A stretch of DNA of 64,000 bases, taken from assembly GCA_038826755.1 (NCBI GenBank), contig JAWBOE010000003.1, forward strand, positions 13,346 through 77,345, written 5' to 3'. A program made the position numbers and the translations under genes. The DNA comes from Candidatus Bathyarchaeia archaeon. Lineage in GTDB: Archaea; Thermoproteota; Bathyarchaeia; Bathyarchaeales; Bathycorpusculaceae. The notes under the pieces were generated by a model. That model made no database searches. It saw only the letters and a list, made by a program, of their open reading frames with translations, and had not been told where the DNA came from. Below are positions 9,768 to 19,035 of this stretch, one piece after another (within the stretch, counting starts at the first letter, position 1; each line of letters starts with the position of its first letter).

Positions 9768-10553
9768 TTGGTTCTCAAAAGACTTCTTTCCATAATTGGT
9801 GTATACAAGGTATATGAGAAATGGTTATGGCACCAAGTAAAGGCGGGCGGAAAACTCGATCACATAGCTATAATCTTAGACGGAAACAGAAGATGGGCTT
9901 CAGAGAAGGCCCTTCATCCATGGATTGGTCATAAGAAGGGCGCTGAGAAAGTAGAGCAACTTTTGCAATGGTGTGATAAGCTTAACGTCAAATGTGTAAC
10001 ATTATACACGTTTTCCACCGAGAACTTCAAGCGTTCACCACAAGAAGTTGCAGAAATTATGAAGCTAGCTGAAGAGAAATTCCGCAAGCTACTAACTAAC
10101 GAGCGGATACACCGAAATAGGGTACACGTAAAAGTCATTGGTCGCGTTAATCTCTTGCCTAAGAATTTACAGCAGCTCATTTTAGATGTGGAGAAAGCCA
10201 CTGCAAATTATGATAATCAGTTTTTAAATTTGGCTTTTGCATATGGCGGTAGGGCTGAAATTGTGGACGCAGCAAAATGTATCGCGGAAAAAGTTAAGAA
10301 TGGCGAATTAGCTGTTGAGGACATCGACGAAAGTACATTTGAAAAATACCTTTATACCTCTCACATGGAAAAACAAGATCCAGACTTAATTATTCGAACA
10401 TCTGGTGAAGAACGATTAAGTGGCTTTCTCCTTTGGCAAGCTGCATACAGCGAATTATGTTTTCTGGATGTTTATTGGCCTGACTTTCGTTTAATAGATC
10501 TTCTACGTGCTATACGGACATTCCAAACACGCAAAAGGCGTTATGGCGCATAG
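9768..10553 (+). CDS. uppS: Undecaprenyl/tritrans,polycis-prenyl diphosphate synthase (cis-prenyltransferase)
   Basis: 261 aa with a TTG start. HIAIILDGNRRWA, LYTFSTENFKR and IRTSGEERLSGFLLWQAAYSEL are diagnostic motifs. Confidence 0.9.
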   Translation: MVLKRLLSIIGVYKVYEKWLWHQVKAGGKLDHIAIILDGNRRWASEKALHPWIGHKKGAEKVEQLLQWCDKLNVKCVTLYTFSTENFKRSPQEVAEIMKLAEEKFRKLLTNERIHRNRVHVKVIGRVNLLPKNLQQLILDVEKATANYDNQFLNLAFAYGGRAEIVDAAKCIAEKVKNGELAVEDIDESTFEKYLYTSHMEKQDPDLIIRTSGEERLSGFLLWQAAYSELCFLDVYWPDFRLIDLLRAIRTFQTRKRRYGA

Positions 10554-10558
10554 AGGAA

Positions 10559-11782
10559 TCAAACTCGCTTTTTTGCGCTTACAATAGATATAACATCTTG
10601 GTCTTTCAAAACAGCGCCTTCGCCTATCCTCTTTTTTCCCCGCGCATCAACTGCGTAAATGAAACTTTCACCAAGCTCAGTGTGGATAATATAAGCCAAT
10701 TCACGTGCTGTGGTTCCATAGGGTACAAGGTAAACGTCAGGTAAAACCTGCCCTTTGTGATTTGTTAAATGCTCTACGTCTTCAACCGGATAAACAGTTA
10801 TCATATTCAGCAATTTGAAGTAAGCAGTATTTATTGCGTCTTGGACACCGGTAGAACCGTATTTGAAAAGAATTTTTTCACGTATGGTTTCTAGTGCTTT
10901 TAGTTGATTACTGGATAATTTTTCTGGTTGTATTATTTTGAAGTTGCAGTCGCCTGGTTTATAGTTGATTAGATGCTTTTCTGCGGCGCGTCGAAGAGCT
11001 AACTCCGCCTCTGCGCAGCAAGGAATGACTGTGTAGCCAAGTTTCTTCAGTTTCTCTAAATTTTCCTCAGCGGTTGGCAGGTCTATTTTGTTTGCCACAA
11101 TCAGCATTGGCTTTGCTATTTGCCTAACCGTATCTACAAATCTAACAACATCTTCGTCGCTCCAGGATGCTGGTTTTTCACTGCTTAATCCTGTTTTCTT
11201 GCCCGCCTCAAGCAAGTGGCTACGTTTTACGCCTAGGCCACTTAAACGTTCTTCCAGCGAAGTGTAAAAGTCCTTTGATTCTGCTTCGGAGGTTCTTGCA
11301 AGTTTTGCCCAGTCTCTCTTGAGAATAGCTGTCATCCACATTGTTATTTCGTGTTCAAGGAAGTGTACGTCCTCTACTGGATCGTGCTCACCTAATTTGC
11401 ATAGGCGACCTTCGCAGTCTGTTCCGCCTGACGCGTCTACAACATGGATTAATGCATCTGCTCTGCGAAGTTCATCTAAGAACTGGTTACCTAATCCCCG
11501 TCCTTCCCATGCACCTGGAACAAGACCTGCTACGTCAATTAATTCGACAGGAACCAATCTTACGCCTTCTATGCAAAGAGAATTTGAGGGGTTATCTTTA
11601 GTTTGGAATTCTTCATGAACACAAGGTGTCCGTACATATCCGATGCCGCGGTTCGGTTTTATAGTTGTAAACGGATAATTAGCAATTTCTGCCGCGGCCA
11701 AAGTTGCAGCGCTGAAAAACGTAGATTTACCTGTGTTAGGTTTTCCTATTACGCCTAGTAGCCGTGAATATGACTTCTGCAT
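10559..11782 (-). CDS. Obg-like GTP-binding protein, Ygr210/YchF-related, with C-terminal TGS domain
   Basis: 407 aa. G1 is GKPNTGKST, G3 is DVAGLV and G4 is NKID. The C-terminal segment LKDQDVISIV is TGS-like. Confidence 0.85.
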   Translation of the reverse strand: MQKSYSRLLGVIGKPNTGKSTFFSAATLAAAEIANYPFTTIKPNRGIGYVRTPCVHEEFQTKDNPSNSLCIEGVRLVPVELIDVAGLVPGAWEGRGLGNQFLDELRRADALIHVVDASGGTDCEGRLCKLGEHDPVEDVHFLEHEITMWMTAILKRDWAKLARTSEAESKDFYTSLEERLSGLGVKRSHLLEAGKKTGLSSEKPASWSDEDVVRFVDTVRQIAKPMLIVANKIDLPTAEENLEKLKKLGYTVIPCCAEAELALRRAAEKHLINYKPGDCNFKIIQPEKLSSNQLKALETIREKILFKYGSTGVQDAINTAYFKLLNMITVYPVEDVEHLTNHKGQVLPDVYLVPYGTTARELAYIIHTELGESFIYAVDARGKKRIGEGAVLKDQDVISIVSAKKRV

Positions 11783-11893
11783 AAGGCTCGCTTATACCCA
11801 TGTGTAAGTAAGGCTATATAACTATGCTCAAAAAAGGGTTGAATTTGGTTTTGACAAATGTTAAAAAAGAGCGTTGCTGATAGTTTATCCGTG

Positions 11894-12127
11894 TTACTCT
11901 TCCATTATTATCAGTGTCAATGTCGACCGAACTTTGCTGATGTTTCTAATTTGGCGAGTTACTAGTTCTTTTAGTTGTTCCATGTTATCTGCCTTGATTT
12001 TTGCAATTAAATCGTAGACGCCGTAAGAAAAGTACGCCTCTTCTACGCCTTCTACTTTTTTCATTGCTTTTAAAACCTCGTCTTCTGCGCCGGACTCTAC
12101 ATTTATCATCACGAATGCACGTGGCAA
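11894..12127 (-). CDS. Stand-alone Lrp/AsnC ligand-binding (RAM) domain protein
   Basis: 77 aa. AFVMINVESGAEDEVLKAMKKVEGVEEAY..YGVYDLIAKIKADNMEQL. It is a paralog of 42637-42873. Confidence 0.75.
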   Translation of the reverse strand: MPRAFVMINVESGAEDEVLKAMKKVEGVEEAYFSYGVYDLIAKIKADNMEQLKELVTRQIRNISKVRSTLTLIIMEE

Positions 12128-12242
12128 CTCAAAACACCTAATATCTTTTTATGCACTTGGCAATAAAAAGTATTTGCTTAATCTTTAATTGCTTTTTTAG
12201 AGGCTGATCAACTGCAAAGGGAAAAAGGGAATACTGGTTTTT

Positions 12243-12938
12243 TTATCGTGCTTTTGATTGTACGCGGGGCTCTAGTAGAGTCCACAGCCAGTCTACAAAT
12301 TCTCTGAGGTTTTTCGTTTGAATGTAAACTTCTCCAGGACCAGTGATCTGTGTTACTAGACCTTCTCCTCCAAGTATAGTTTCCTTTAATCCTCCGAACT
12401 TTGTTACTTTGTAATTGCAGGTGCTGCTGAAACCAACCAAGTGAAAGTTATCAACGATCAAGGTTTGCCCTGGCTGCAGAGCATGTTTATCAATTGCTCC
12501 GAAAGTGTTTATGAAAAGCAAACCTTCACCTTGTGCTTTAAGCATGAATAAGCCTTGACCGAATAAACCTTTAGTAAAGCCTTCCCATTTTACATCTAAA
12601 TCAACATTGCCTGTTGATGCTATATACGCTGATCTCTGTATAATGTAGCCTTGATTGGGTTTCACATCCAACGTGGTGATGTCGCCTACTGGTGCTGATA
12701 CTAAGGCAACTTCGCCTGGTCCTGTCGTTGCGGTGTAATCATTTACCCAAAATGATTGACCACCAATCAGCCTCAACCCCAAACTTCCTAAAAGGCTTTT
12801 CTCACGTTTTTTAGTGTGTGCCTCTATAGTAGGCGTCATGTAGGTCATTGCGCCTGATTCAGCGGTTATTGTTTCGCCTTGATCCAAATTAACAACAAGC
12901 ATAGCATATGATGGTCGATACTTAATTTCATACTTCAT
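12243..12938 (-). CDS. TIGR00266/AIM24-family protein
   Basis: The ORF-track entry starts at TTG 12962. The ATG at 12938 (MKYEIKYRPSYAMLVVNL) has GGAG 8-11 nt upstream and matches the usual family N-terminus. Confidence 0.75.
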   Translation of the reverse strand: MKYEIKYRPSYAMLVVNLDQGETITAESGAMTYMTPTIEAHTKKREKSLLGSLGLRLIGGQSFWVNDYTATTGPGEVALVSAPVGDITTLDVKPNQGYIIQRSAYIASTGNVDLDVKWEGFTKGLFGQGLFMLKAQGEGLLFINTFGAIDKHALQPGQTLIVDNFHLVGFSSTCNYKVTKFGGLKETILGGEGLVTQITGPGEVYIQTKNLREFVDWLWTLLEPRVQSKAR

Positions 12939-13258
12939 TGTGTTTTCTCCAGCATGCTGCAAAGTGCATGTTGATGCATAAAGACTTAGTGGTGAATAAG
13001 TCTTAATTGCAAGATTCCAAAATTAACATTGATTAATGAAAGGTTGAAGTCAACTCGTAGGGGCTATATTGAACGCCAACAATGTTTTTTGTAAGTGTTA
13101 ACCCTGACATCCGCAATAGGAGTCGTGTTCCATGGTGCATTTGCTATGGATATTCCAATTACGATAAACCAAATTAAGCTCAAAGCTATAAAATTTGTAA
13201 CGGACATGCTTTTAAGTCAGAAACAACATTCTCATCCAACGATTATGAGGTATCCTGT

Positions 13259-13564
13259 GTGGGCAAGAAAAAGGTATTAAGTGAAGGACAACTTAATGAA
13301 ATGGTGTATCCTGCTCAAGGTGAAGTATTGGGTGTAGTTATAAAACTGCTGGGGTTCGATCGTATACTTGTTAAATGTCAGGATGGAAAAGAGCGCTTGT
13401 GCCGTATTAGAGGGAAAATGAAACGTCGCGTCTGGATTCGTGACGGAGATGTGGTCGTGGTTTCCCCCTGGGATTTTCAGAGTGACACACGTGGCGACGT
13501 TACATGGCGTTACACAAACGCGCAGGCAGATATTTTACGCAAAAAAGGTTACTTAACTATTTGA
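13259..13564 (+). CDS. eif1a: Translation initiation factor aIF-1A
   Basis: 101 aa with a GTG start. GEVLGVVIKLLGFDRILVKCQDGKERLCRIRGKMKRRVWIRDGDVVVVSPWDFQ is the S1-like OB fold of eIF1A. Confidence 0.9.
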   Translation: MGKKKVLSEGQLNEMVYPAQGEVLGVVIKLLGFDRILVKCQDGKERLCRIRGKMKRRVWIRDGDVVVVSPWDFQSDTRGDVTWRYTNAQADILRKKGYLTI

Positions 13565-13752
13565 TTTGTTTCTGTTTCTCCATATTATCCGTCTCTTGGG
13601 TTTTTGCTCTTTTTATAAAATATTTATGGCCCAGATACCTACAGTTTTTGGCGAATTAAAAGTTTAATAAACATTAAAACATAATGGCAAAATAATTCTG
13701 CAATTACTAAAATGATTTTAGATACCTTGCAAATACTAATAGTTGAAATTCC

Positions 13753-14535
13753 ATGTCAGACAAAATACACGAAAAACTTGCACACAAAGAGAAAACTATC
13801 GAAAGAAGAGACAAGATGCTAATTCATGATTTCTCTTCAGAAAGAGCTGCGTGGGAAGAAGTATTTGATCAATCAACACTAATGGTCATATACAATATGC
13901 TAAATAAAGGCGTATTACACGAACTTCACGGCGTCGTAAACGCTGGAAAAGAAGCACGCGTTTACTGGGGTAAAAACAAAGAAGACAAAGAACTTGCTGT
14001 TAAAGTATACCTAACATCATCTGCCGAGGCAATTAGAGGCATGCGCAAATACATCGAAGGCGACCCGCGCTTCAAAAATGTCAAGCATGATACCCGTTCA
14101 ATAATTTTCACCTGGGCTCAGAAAGAATTTAGAAACCTGCAACAAGCATCACTTGCCAAGATCCCTGTTCCAAAACCTATCGCCGTTGAGAAGAACGTCC
14201 TCGTAATGGAGTTCATCGGCAAAAACGGTATTAGAGCACCTTCATTAAGAGAGCAACCAATGAATAACCCTGAAAAAGTATACTCACAGTTGCTTGACAG
14301 CTTAGAGAAGCTTTACCGAAAAGCTGAGCTTGTACACGGCGACCTAAGCGAATACAACATAATGCTATGGAAAGGAAAACCATTATTATTCGATTTATCG
14401 CAAGCCGTGCCTACATCGCATCCTATGGCACAGTTTTTACTGCGCAGAGATTTAACTAACATAAATAGGTTCTTTAGTAAGCTCGGCGTTAAAACAGTCC
14501 CCATAGATGATACTCTTAAGAGGGTTGTCGGCTGA
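13753..14535 (+). CDS. rio1: RIO-type serine/threonine protein kinase (Rio1)
   Basis: 260 aa. Contains VNAGKEARVY, LVHGDLSEYNIM and FDLSQAV motifs. Confidence 0.9.
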   Translation: MSDKIHEKLAHKEKTIERRDKMLIHDFSSERAAWEEVFDQSTLMVIYNMLNKGVLHELHGVVNAGKEARVYWGKNKEDKELAVKVYLTSSAEAIRGMRKYIEGDPRFKNVKHDTRSIIFTWAQKEFRNLQQASLAKIPVPKPIAVEKNVLVMEFIGKNGIRAPSLREQPMNNPEKVYSQLLDSLEKLYRKAELVHGDLSEYNIMLWKGKPLLFDLSQAVPTSHPMAQFLLRRDLTNINRFFSKLGVKTVPIDDTLKRVVG

Positions 14536-14536
14536 A

Positions 14537-15118
14537 ATGACAAAGCCAAGTGTGTTCGTACGAATTCCAAGAGAACGTGTCGGCGTTCTAGTAGGGCCAG
14601 AGGGAACAGTGAAACGCTACATTGAGGAGAAACTCGGCGTTGTATTGACTGTGGAAAGTGATTCTGGTGGCGTAACAGTAACTCTCAATGAAAAAGGAAC
14701 AGACCCATCCGTTATTCTAAAGGCAAAGGATATTGTTACAGCAATCGGCAGAGGATTCGCACCTGATCGTGCGTTGCGCTTAATTCGGGATGAGCATGCA
14801 ATATTTGACATAGTAGACTTGCGGGAGACTTTCGGTCGTTCAGAATCAGATATTAAGCGTGTTAAAGGCAGAATAATAGGCGCAGACGGCAAAACTAGGC
14901 GATTAATCGAAGAGTTAACAAGCGCAGACATAGTAGTTTATGGCCATACAGTCGGCATTATCGGCACTTTTGAACAAGCTAATGCTGCCAGAAGCGCGGT
15001 TCAAATGCTAATCGACGGAAGCCAACATCACACTGTTTACAAGTTCTTACAAAGAAAGCGAAGCGAACTTAAAAAAGAAATGATGCAGCTTTGGGAAACA
15101 CCTGAAGATAAAAAATGA
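14537..15118 (+). CDS. KH-domain RNA-binding protein (Dim2/Pno1-like)
   Basis: The ORF track extends to 14507. The ATG at 14537 lies just after the rio1 stop. Two KH units are present (RVGVLVGPEGTVKRYIE; IKRVKGRIIGADGKTRRLIE). The aIF1A-Rio1-KH order is conserved in archaea. Confidence 0.85.
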   Translation: MTKPSVFVRIPRERVGVLVGPEGTVKRYIEEKLGVVLTVESDSGGVTVTLNEKGTDPSVILKAKDIVTAIGRGFAPDRALRLIRDEHAIFDIVDLRETFGRSESDIKRVKGRIIGADGKTRRLIEELTSADIVVYGHTVGIIGTFEQANAARSAVQMLIDGSQHHTVYKFLQRKRSELKKEMMQLWETPEDKK

Positions 15119-15147
15119 ACATAATGGTTGTTTTTAATAGCAGTTGA

Positions 15148-15708
15148 TCATGATAGATGTTCCACAAGTATTTTCAATCCTATAGCAATGAGGATAACGC
15201 CGCCTACTCCTTTAATCTTATTTTTGAGAATCTTTCCAAATTGACTGCCAAATAAGAAACCTGTAAGCGATAAAACGAACGTAACCAGCCCAATAATTAA
15301 AATTGGCATTGTTATAGCGGTCTGTAGAAACGCAAAGCTTAAGCCAACCATCAAAGCGTCAATACTTGTTGCAACTGACAGCGTTAGTAACGTGTAAATG
15401 TGCAAATCTTCCACATTCTTAGTTCCTTTCTTGAAGGAATCATAAAGCATTTTAGCCCCGATGAACAATAGAAGGCTAAAAGCAACCCAATGGTCTATAC
15501 CAATTATTACTTCTGCAGTTTTAATACCTGCTACCCATCCAATAACAGGCATAATCATTTGAAATGTGCTAAACGAGGTTGCAGTAAGTAACGCGGTTCT
15601 TTGTCTCTTGCTCTTCGTTGAAATACCATTAGCTATTGATACTGCAAACGCATCCATTGCCAAGCCAACTGCTATGAAAATTACTGATGCAATATCCAAT
15701 ATTACCAC
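15148..15708 (-). CDS. mntP: Manganese efflux pump MntP family
   Basis: 186 aa with 6 TM helices. Contains GLAMDAFAVSIANG and a repeated SIDALMVG motif. Confidence 0.8.
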   Translation of the reverse strand: MVILDIASVIFIAVGLAMDAFAVSIANGISTKSKRQRTALLTATSFSTFQMIMPVIGWVAGIKTAEVIIGIDHWVAFSLLLFIGAKMLYDSFKKGTKNVEDLHIYTLLTLSVATSIDALMVGLSFAFLQTAITMPILIIGLVTFVLSLTGFLFGSQFGKILKNKIKGVGGVILIAIGLKILVEHLS

Positions 15709-15768
15709 ATTTTAGCCTGTTATTTTTTTGCTTTAGTCGCCGTCACTGTATATAGCGTTTTTGGATGC

Positions 15769-15786
15769 TACTGCTCAAAAGCAGTA
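15769..15786. promoter_or_regulatory. Perfect 7-bp inverted repeat TACTGCT-caaa-AGCAGTA in the mntP/larA divergent intergenic region
   Basis: Read directly from the sequence. It lies next to a TATA-like GTATATAGC at about 15747-15756. Confidence 0.3.
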
Positions 15787-15892
15787 TTGCTATTATCTAC
15801 CACCGCACTCATATGGTGAAGAGACTTAATGGTTGGTTAATAAGGCTTAATAATCGCTTTCTACGTTGTCTTCAGCATCCATGTGATGATAA

Positions 15893-17164
15893 ATGGTAGA
15901 TGTCTGGTTGCCGTATGGTAAGACTGATGTCTGCGTAAGAGTTCCAGCTCGGAACCTTTTAGGCATAATCCAGCCTAAAGAGCAGTATGGTGTTGCAGAT
16001 GCACGGGCAGAGGTGGAACGTTCTCTTAGAGAACCCATTGGCACTAAACGTCTCGTTGAAATCGCAAAACCTGAACATAAAGTTGCGATAGTAGTTGATG
16101 ACGCTACAAGAGACACGCCAAGCAGCACCATGCTTCTGCCTGTGCTCACAGAACTGAATACTGCTGGCGTACGTGATGAGAACATTACTGTAATTTTCGG
16201 TTGCGGTACGCATAGGGCTGTAACCGCAGAAGAGGCAACTGCCCTTCTCGGCGACGATATTCTGAAACGCATTAAAGTTGTAAGCCATGATTGTAAGGCT
16301 CAGGATTTAGTATACGTGGGCACTACTAAAACTCATGGAAACAAGGTTTATTTGAACCGTGTATTCGCTGAAGCTGACATGCGGATTCTTTTAGGCGATG
16401 TTAACTTTCATTATTATGCAGGTTATGGTGGCGGTCGAAAAAGCGTTTTGCCTGCAGTGGCTGGTGAAGAAACTATCAAACACAACCACGCACTACTTTT
16501 ACATGCTAACTCGCGAACTGGCATATTAGCCGGAAACCCCGTTCACGAAGACATGGTTGAAGCTGCGCGGCTTGCAAAAGTAAATTTCATCGTTAACGTC
16601 GTGACTAACAGTAAGGGCGAAATTGTTAAGGCATTTGCAGGCGATCTGGAACAGGCTTTCCTTGAAGCAGTAAAACTTGTCGACAGCATGTATCGCGTAA
16701 CCATCGATAGAAGAGCTGACATCGTTGTGGTTAGTGCAGGTGGCGCACCTGCGGATATTAATTTGTTCCAAGCATATAAAGCGTTGGATAACGCGTTAAT
16801 GGTTGTTAAACGTGGAGGAATCGTGATTTTAGTAGCTGAGTGTGTCGAAGGTCATGGAAACGCAGTATTTTATGATTGGATGGCACGTTTTGGCGAGTTA
16901 AAGGCGGTTGAGCGAGAAATCAAGCGTAATTTTATTTTAGGTGCACATAAAGCATATTATTTACTAAAAGCTCTGCAGAATCACCAGATTATTCTTGTGT
17001 CTTCTTTGCCTGATTATTATGCAGTAAACGTTTTTCGATTGAAGACCGCAAGAGCGGTTAATGATGCTTTCGCAGAAGCTTTAAAGATTGCGGGGCAGCA
17101 AGCACGAGTTTGGGTTATGCCTTACGGCAGTTTTACTCTACCCGAGGTCAAATCGGTTGATTAA
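15893..17164 (+). CDS. larA: Nickel-pincer-dependent lactate racemase family protein (LarA/DUF2088)
   Basis: 423 aa. Contains DDATRDTP, FGCGTHRA and HYYAGYGGGRKSVLPAVAG (with the conserved Lys), in a LarA-like layout. Confidence 0.8.
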   Translation: MVDVWLPYGKTDVCVRVPARNLLGIIQPKEQYGVADARAEVERSLREPIGTKRLVEIAKPEHKVAIVVDDATRDTPSSTMLLPVLTELNTAGVRDENITVIFGCGTHRAVTAEEATALLGDDILKRIKVVSHDCKAQDLVYVGTTKTHGNKVYLNRVFAEADMRILLGDVNFHYYAGYGGGRKSVLPAVAGEETIKHNHALLLHANSRTGILAGNPVHEDMVEAARLAKVNFIVNVVTNSKGEIVKAFAGDLEQAFLEAVKLVDSMYRVTIDRRADIVVVSAGGAPADINLFQAYKALDNALMVVKRGGIVILVAECVEGHGNAVFYDWMARFGELKAVEREIKRNFILGAHKAYYLLKALQNHQIILVSSLPDYYAVNVFRLKTARAVNDAFAEALKIAGQQARVWVMPYGSFTLPEVKSVD

Positions 17165-17225
17165 ACCAGCTTGGAACATAATGTTTAAGTCTGATTTGGG
17201 CTTTTTCGTTTAAGAAGGCGGAACA

Positions 17226-17702
17226 ATGCAGGAGACATTTAGGCTTCGCAAGTTTGTGCCCGATGATCTGCAGAATGTAATGATGATCAATCGTACGTGT
17301 TTGCCTGAAAATTATACCGATTACTTTTTCATGGACTTGTACGAACGGTTTCCTGAGACGTTTATAGTCGCCGAAGTCAACGGTAAAATTGCTGGTTATA
17401 TTATGTGCAGGATTGAAGTTGGTTTAGCAAATCATGGCTTGGGCGGTTTAATTCGGAAGGGTCATGTAGTTTCAATTGCTGTTTTGCCGCAGTATAGGCG
17501 CAAAGGTGTTGCGCAAGCGTTGCTTAACGCGGCTTTTGATGGAATGCGTTATTACAAAGCCAAATTATGCTACTTAGAAGTCAGAGTTACAAACTTCATT
17601 GGTATATCGCTGTACAAGAAGTTGGGGTTTGAGGTGAGCAAGACTATCAGTGGATATTACTCTGATGGTGAAGACGCGTACGTAATGACAAAGAATCTTT
17701 AA
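17226..17702 (+). CDS. rimI: GNAT N-alpha-acetyltransferase (RimI/Ard1-type)
   Basis: 158 aa. The acetyl-CoA motif is VLPQYRRKGVAQALL. Confidence 0.8.
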   Translation: MQETFRLRKFVPDDLQNVMMINRTCLPENYTDYFFMDLYERFPETFIVAEVNGKIAGYIMCRIEVGLANHGLGGLIRKGHVVSIAVLPQYRRKGVAQALLNAAFDGMRYYKAKLCYLEVRVTNFIGISLYKKLGFEVSKTISGYYSDGEDAYVMTKNL

Positions 17703-17954
17703 AGCTTGTTGATATAAAGGAAAAAGCCAATGGTTGCTATTCACTTTTCACTTATTTGCCAATCCGCGACTAGAACCAATTATCCCTTTGCCCTTACGAG
17801 TATCTCCGCGAATAACCATAGCATTTCAGAATGGGTTACTGTATAAGGTCTAATCAGAATCTAATAGTATCTATGTGTCTCCCTGTTCTATCGAGAAAAT
17901 TATTATAGGTAACCGACGTATGATGCTCTTTCAAATAAGGAGCAGAAGTGAGAG

Positions 17955-18416
17955 ATGCCCAATCATATAGCAATAATCGGCCAAAAGAAGCGGATTGCGC
18001 TTATTGCACATGACCATCAGAAGCCTGCCTTGTTGGAATGGGTTAGATTTAATAAAGGTACTTTGCTCAAACACGAGCTTTATGCGACTGGTACGACGGG
18101 TAAGCTGTTAGAAAAAGAATTAGGCACAAAAATTACAATTTTCGAGAGCGGTCCTCTAGGGGGCGATCAACAAATAGGTGCACGCATAGCGGAAGGGAAA
18201 ATCGATTTTCTCATTTTCTTCTGGGATCCACTTGCACCTTTGCCACATGATCCTGACGTGAAAGCACTGCTGCGCATAGCTGTGGTATGGAACATACCAA
18301 TTGCGTGTAACCGTGCTTCAGCCGACTTTTTAATATCTTCAACGCTGATGAATCAAGAGTACCCGCGTATATTGCCGGACTATGACGGCTATAGGCAAAG
18401 GTTGAACACGGCATAG
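17955..18416 (+). CDS. mgsA: Methylglyoxal synthase
   Basis: 153 aa. [29 protein letters not shown]...[13 protein letters not shown]...[11 protein letters not shown]...WNIP.A.N..ADF is near-collinear with bacterial MgsA. Confidence 0.9.
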   Translation: MPNHIAIIGQKKRIALIAHDHQKPALLEWVRFNKGTLLKHELYATGTTGKLLEKELGTKITIFESGPLGGDQQIGARIAEGKIDFLIFFWDPLAPLPHDPDVKALLRIAVVWNIPIACNRASADFLISSTLMNQEYPRILPDYDGYRQRLNTA

Positions 18417-18423
18417 CCCCCTA

Positions 18424-19035
18424 TTATATGCCTAATGCGTGAAAAATTCTTTGGCGATTTACTGTAGCTTTTTCTGTAATATCTATAAACAAATTGTTGC
18501 CCCAAGTATCAATAGCAACGAGAAGTGGCCCAAATTCTTCCACTTCGAAAACCCACAGTGCTTCTGGTATACCTAAATCTAACCAATCCACGCTCGCAAC
18601 CCGTTTTATGGCTTTCGCGGCTAACACACCTGCACCACCTGTAAAGGCGCAGTAAACGGCACCATATTTTGCCAATGCTTCTGATGTTTTTTCACCCATC
18701 CCGCCCTTCCCTATAATAATTCGAACCTTAAATTTCTGAATAAAATCTGCTTCGTACTGTTCCATTCTCATACTTGTGGTTGGTCCAGCAGCAACAACAA
18801 CCCACTGATTTTCTCGTCTACTTATGACCGGCCCACAGTGGAAAAGTGCTAAGCCTTCAAGAGATAGGGGGAGCGGTTTATTTTGCGTTGCATATTCCAA
18901 TGCCCGTTTATGTGCTTGGTCACGTGCAGTTACAATTTTTCCAGTTATATATACTATATCATTTACTTTTAATCTGCGAATTTCTACCTCTGGAATAGGC
19001 GTTCTAAGTTTGCAGGTTTGCATATTTTTATTCAC
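18424..19035 (-). CDS. fumB: Class I fumarate hydratase (or tartrate dehydratase) beta subunit
   Basis: 203 aa. GKIVTARDQAHKR, GPTTS.RME and KGGMG motifs. It overlaps the alpha subunit gene by 8 nt. Confidence 0.8.
   Translation of the reverse strand: MNKNMQTCKLRTPIPEVEIRRLKVNDIVYITGKIVTARDQAHKRALEYATQNKPLPLSLEGLALFHCGPVISRRENQWVVVAAGPTTSMRMEQYEADFIQKFKVRIIIGKGGMGEKTSEALAKYGAVYCAFTGGAGVLAAKAIKRVASVDWLDLGIPEALWVFEVEEFGPLLVAIDTWGNNLFIDITEKATVNRQRIFHALGI

Noticed and set aside
13095-13280. 61-aa ORF upstream of and overlapping the aIF-1A start
   Set aside because: It lies in the divergent promoter region, overlaps the GTG start of aIF-1A in another frame, and has no recognisable features.
15847-16288. 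Antisense ORFs (141 aa and 109 aa) opposite larA
   Set aside because: They lie entirely inside a gene with strong family motifs on the other strand, and their products are low-complexity (Ser/Arg/Thr-rich). Similar shadow ORFs were rejected for the same reason. These include 7642-7980, 8439-8786, 9189-9554, 11319-11618, 19164-19535, 23260-24213, 27072-27680, 27854-29410, 34624-35330, 45319-45618 and 54439-55235.
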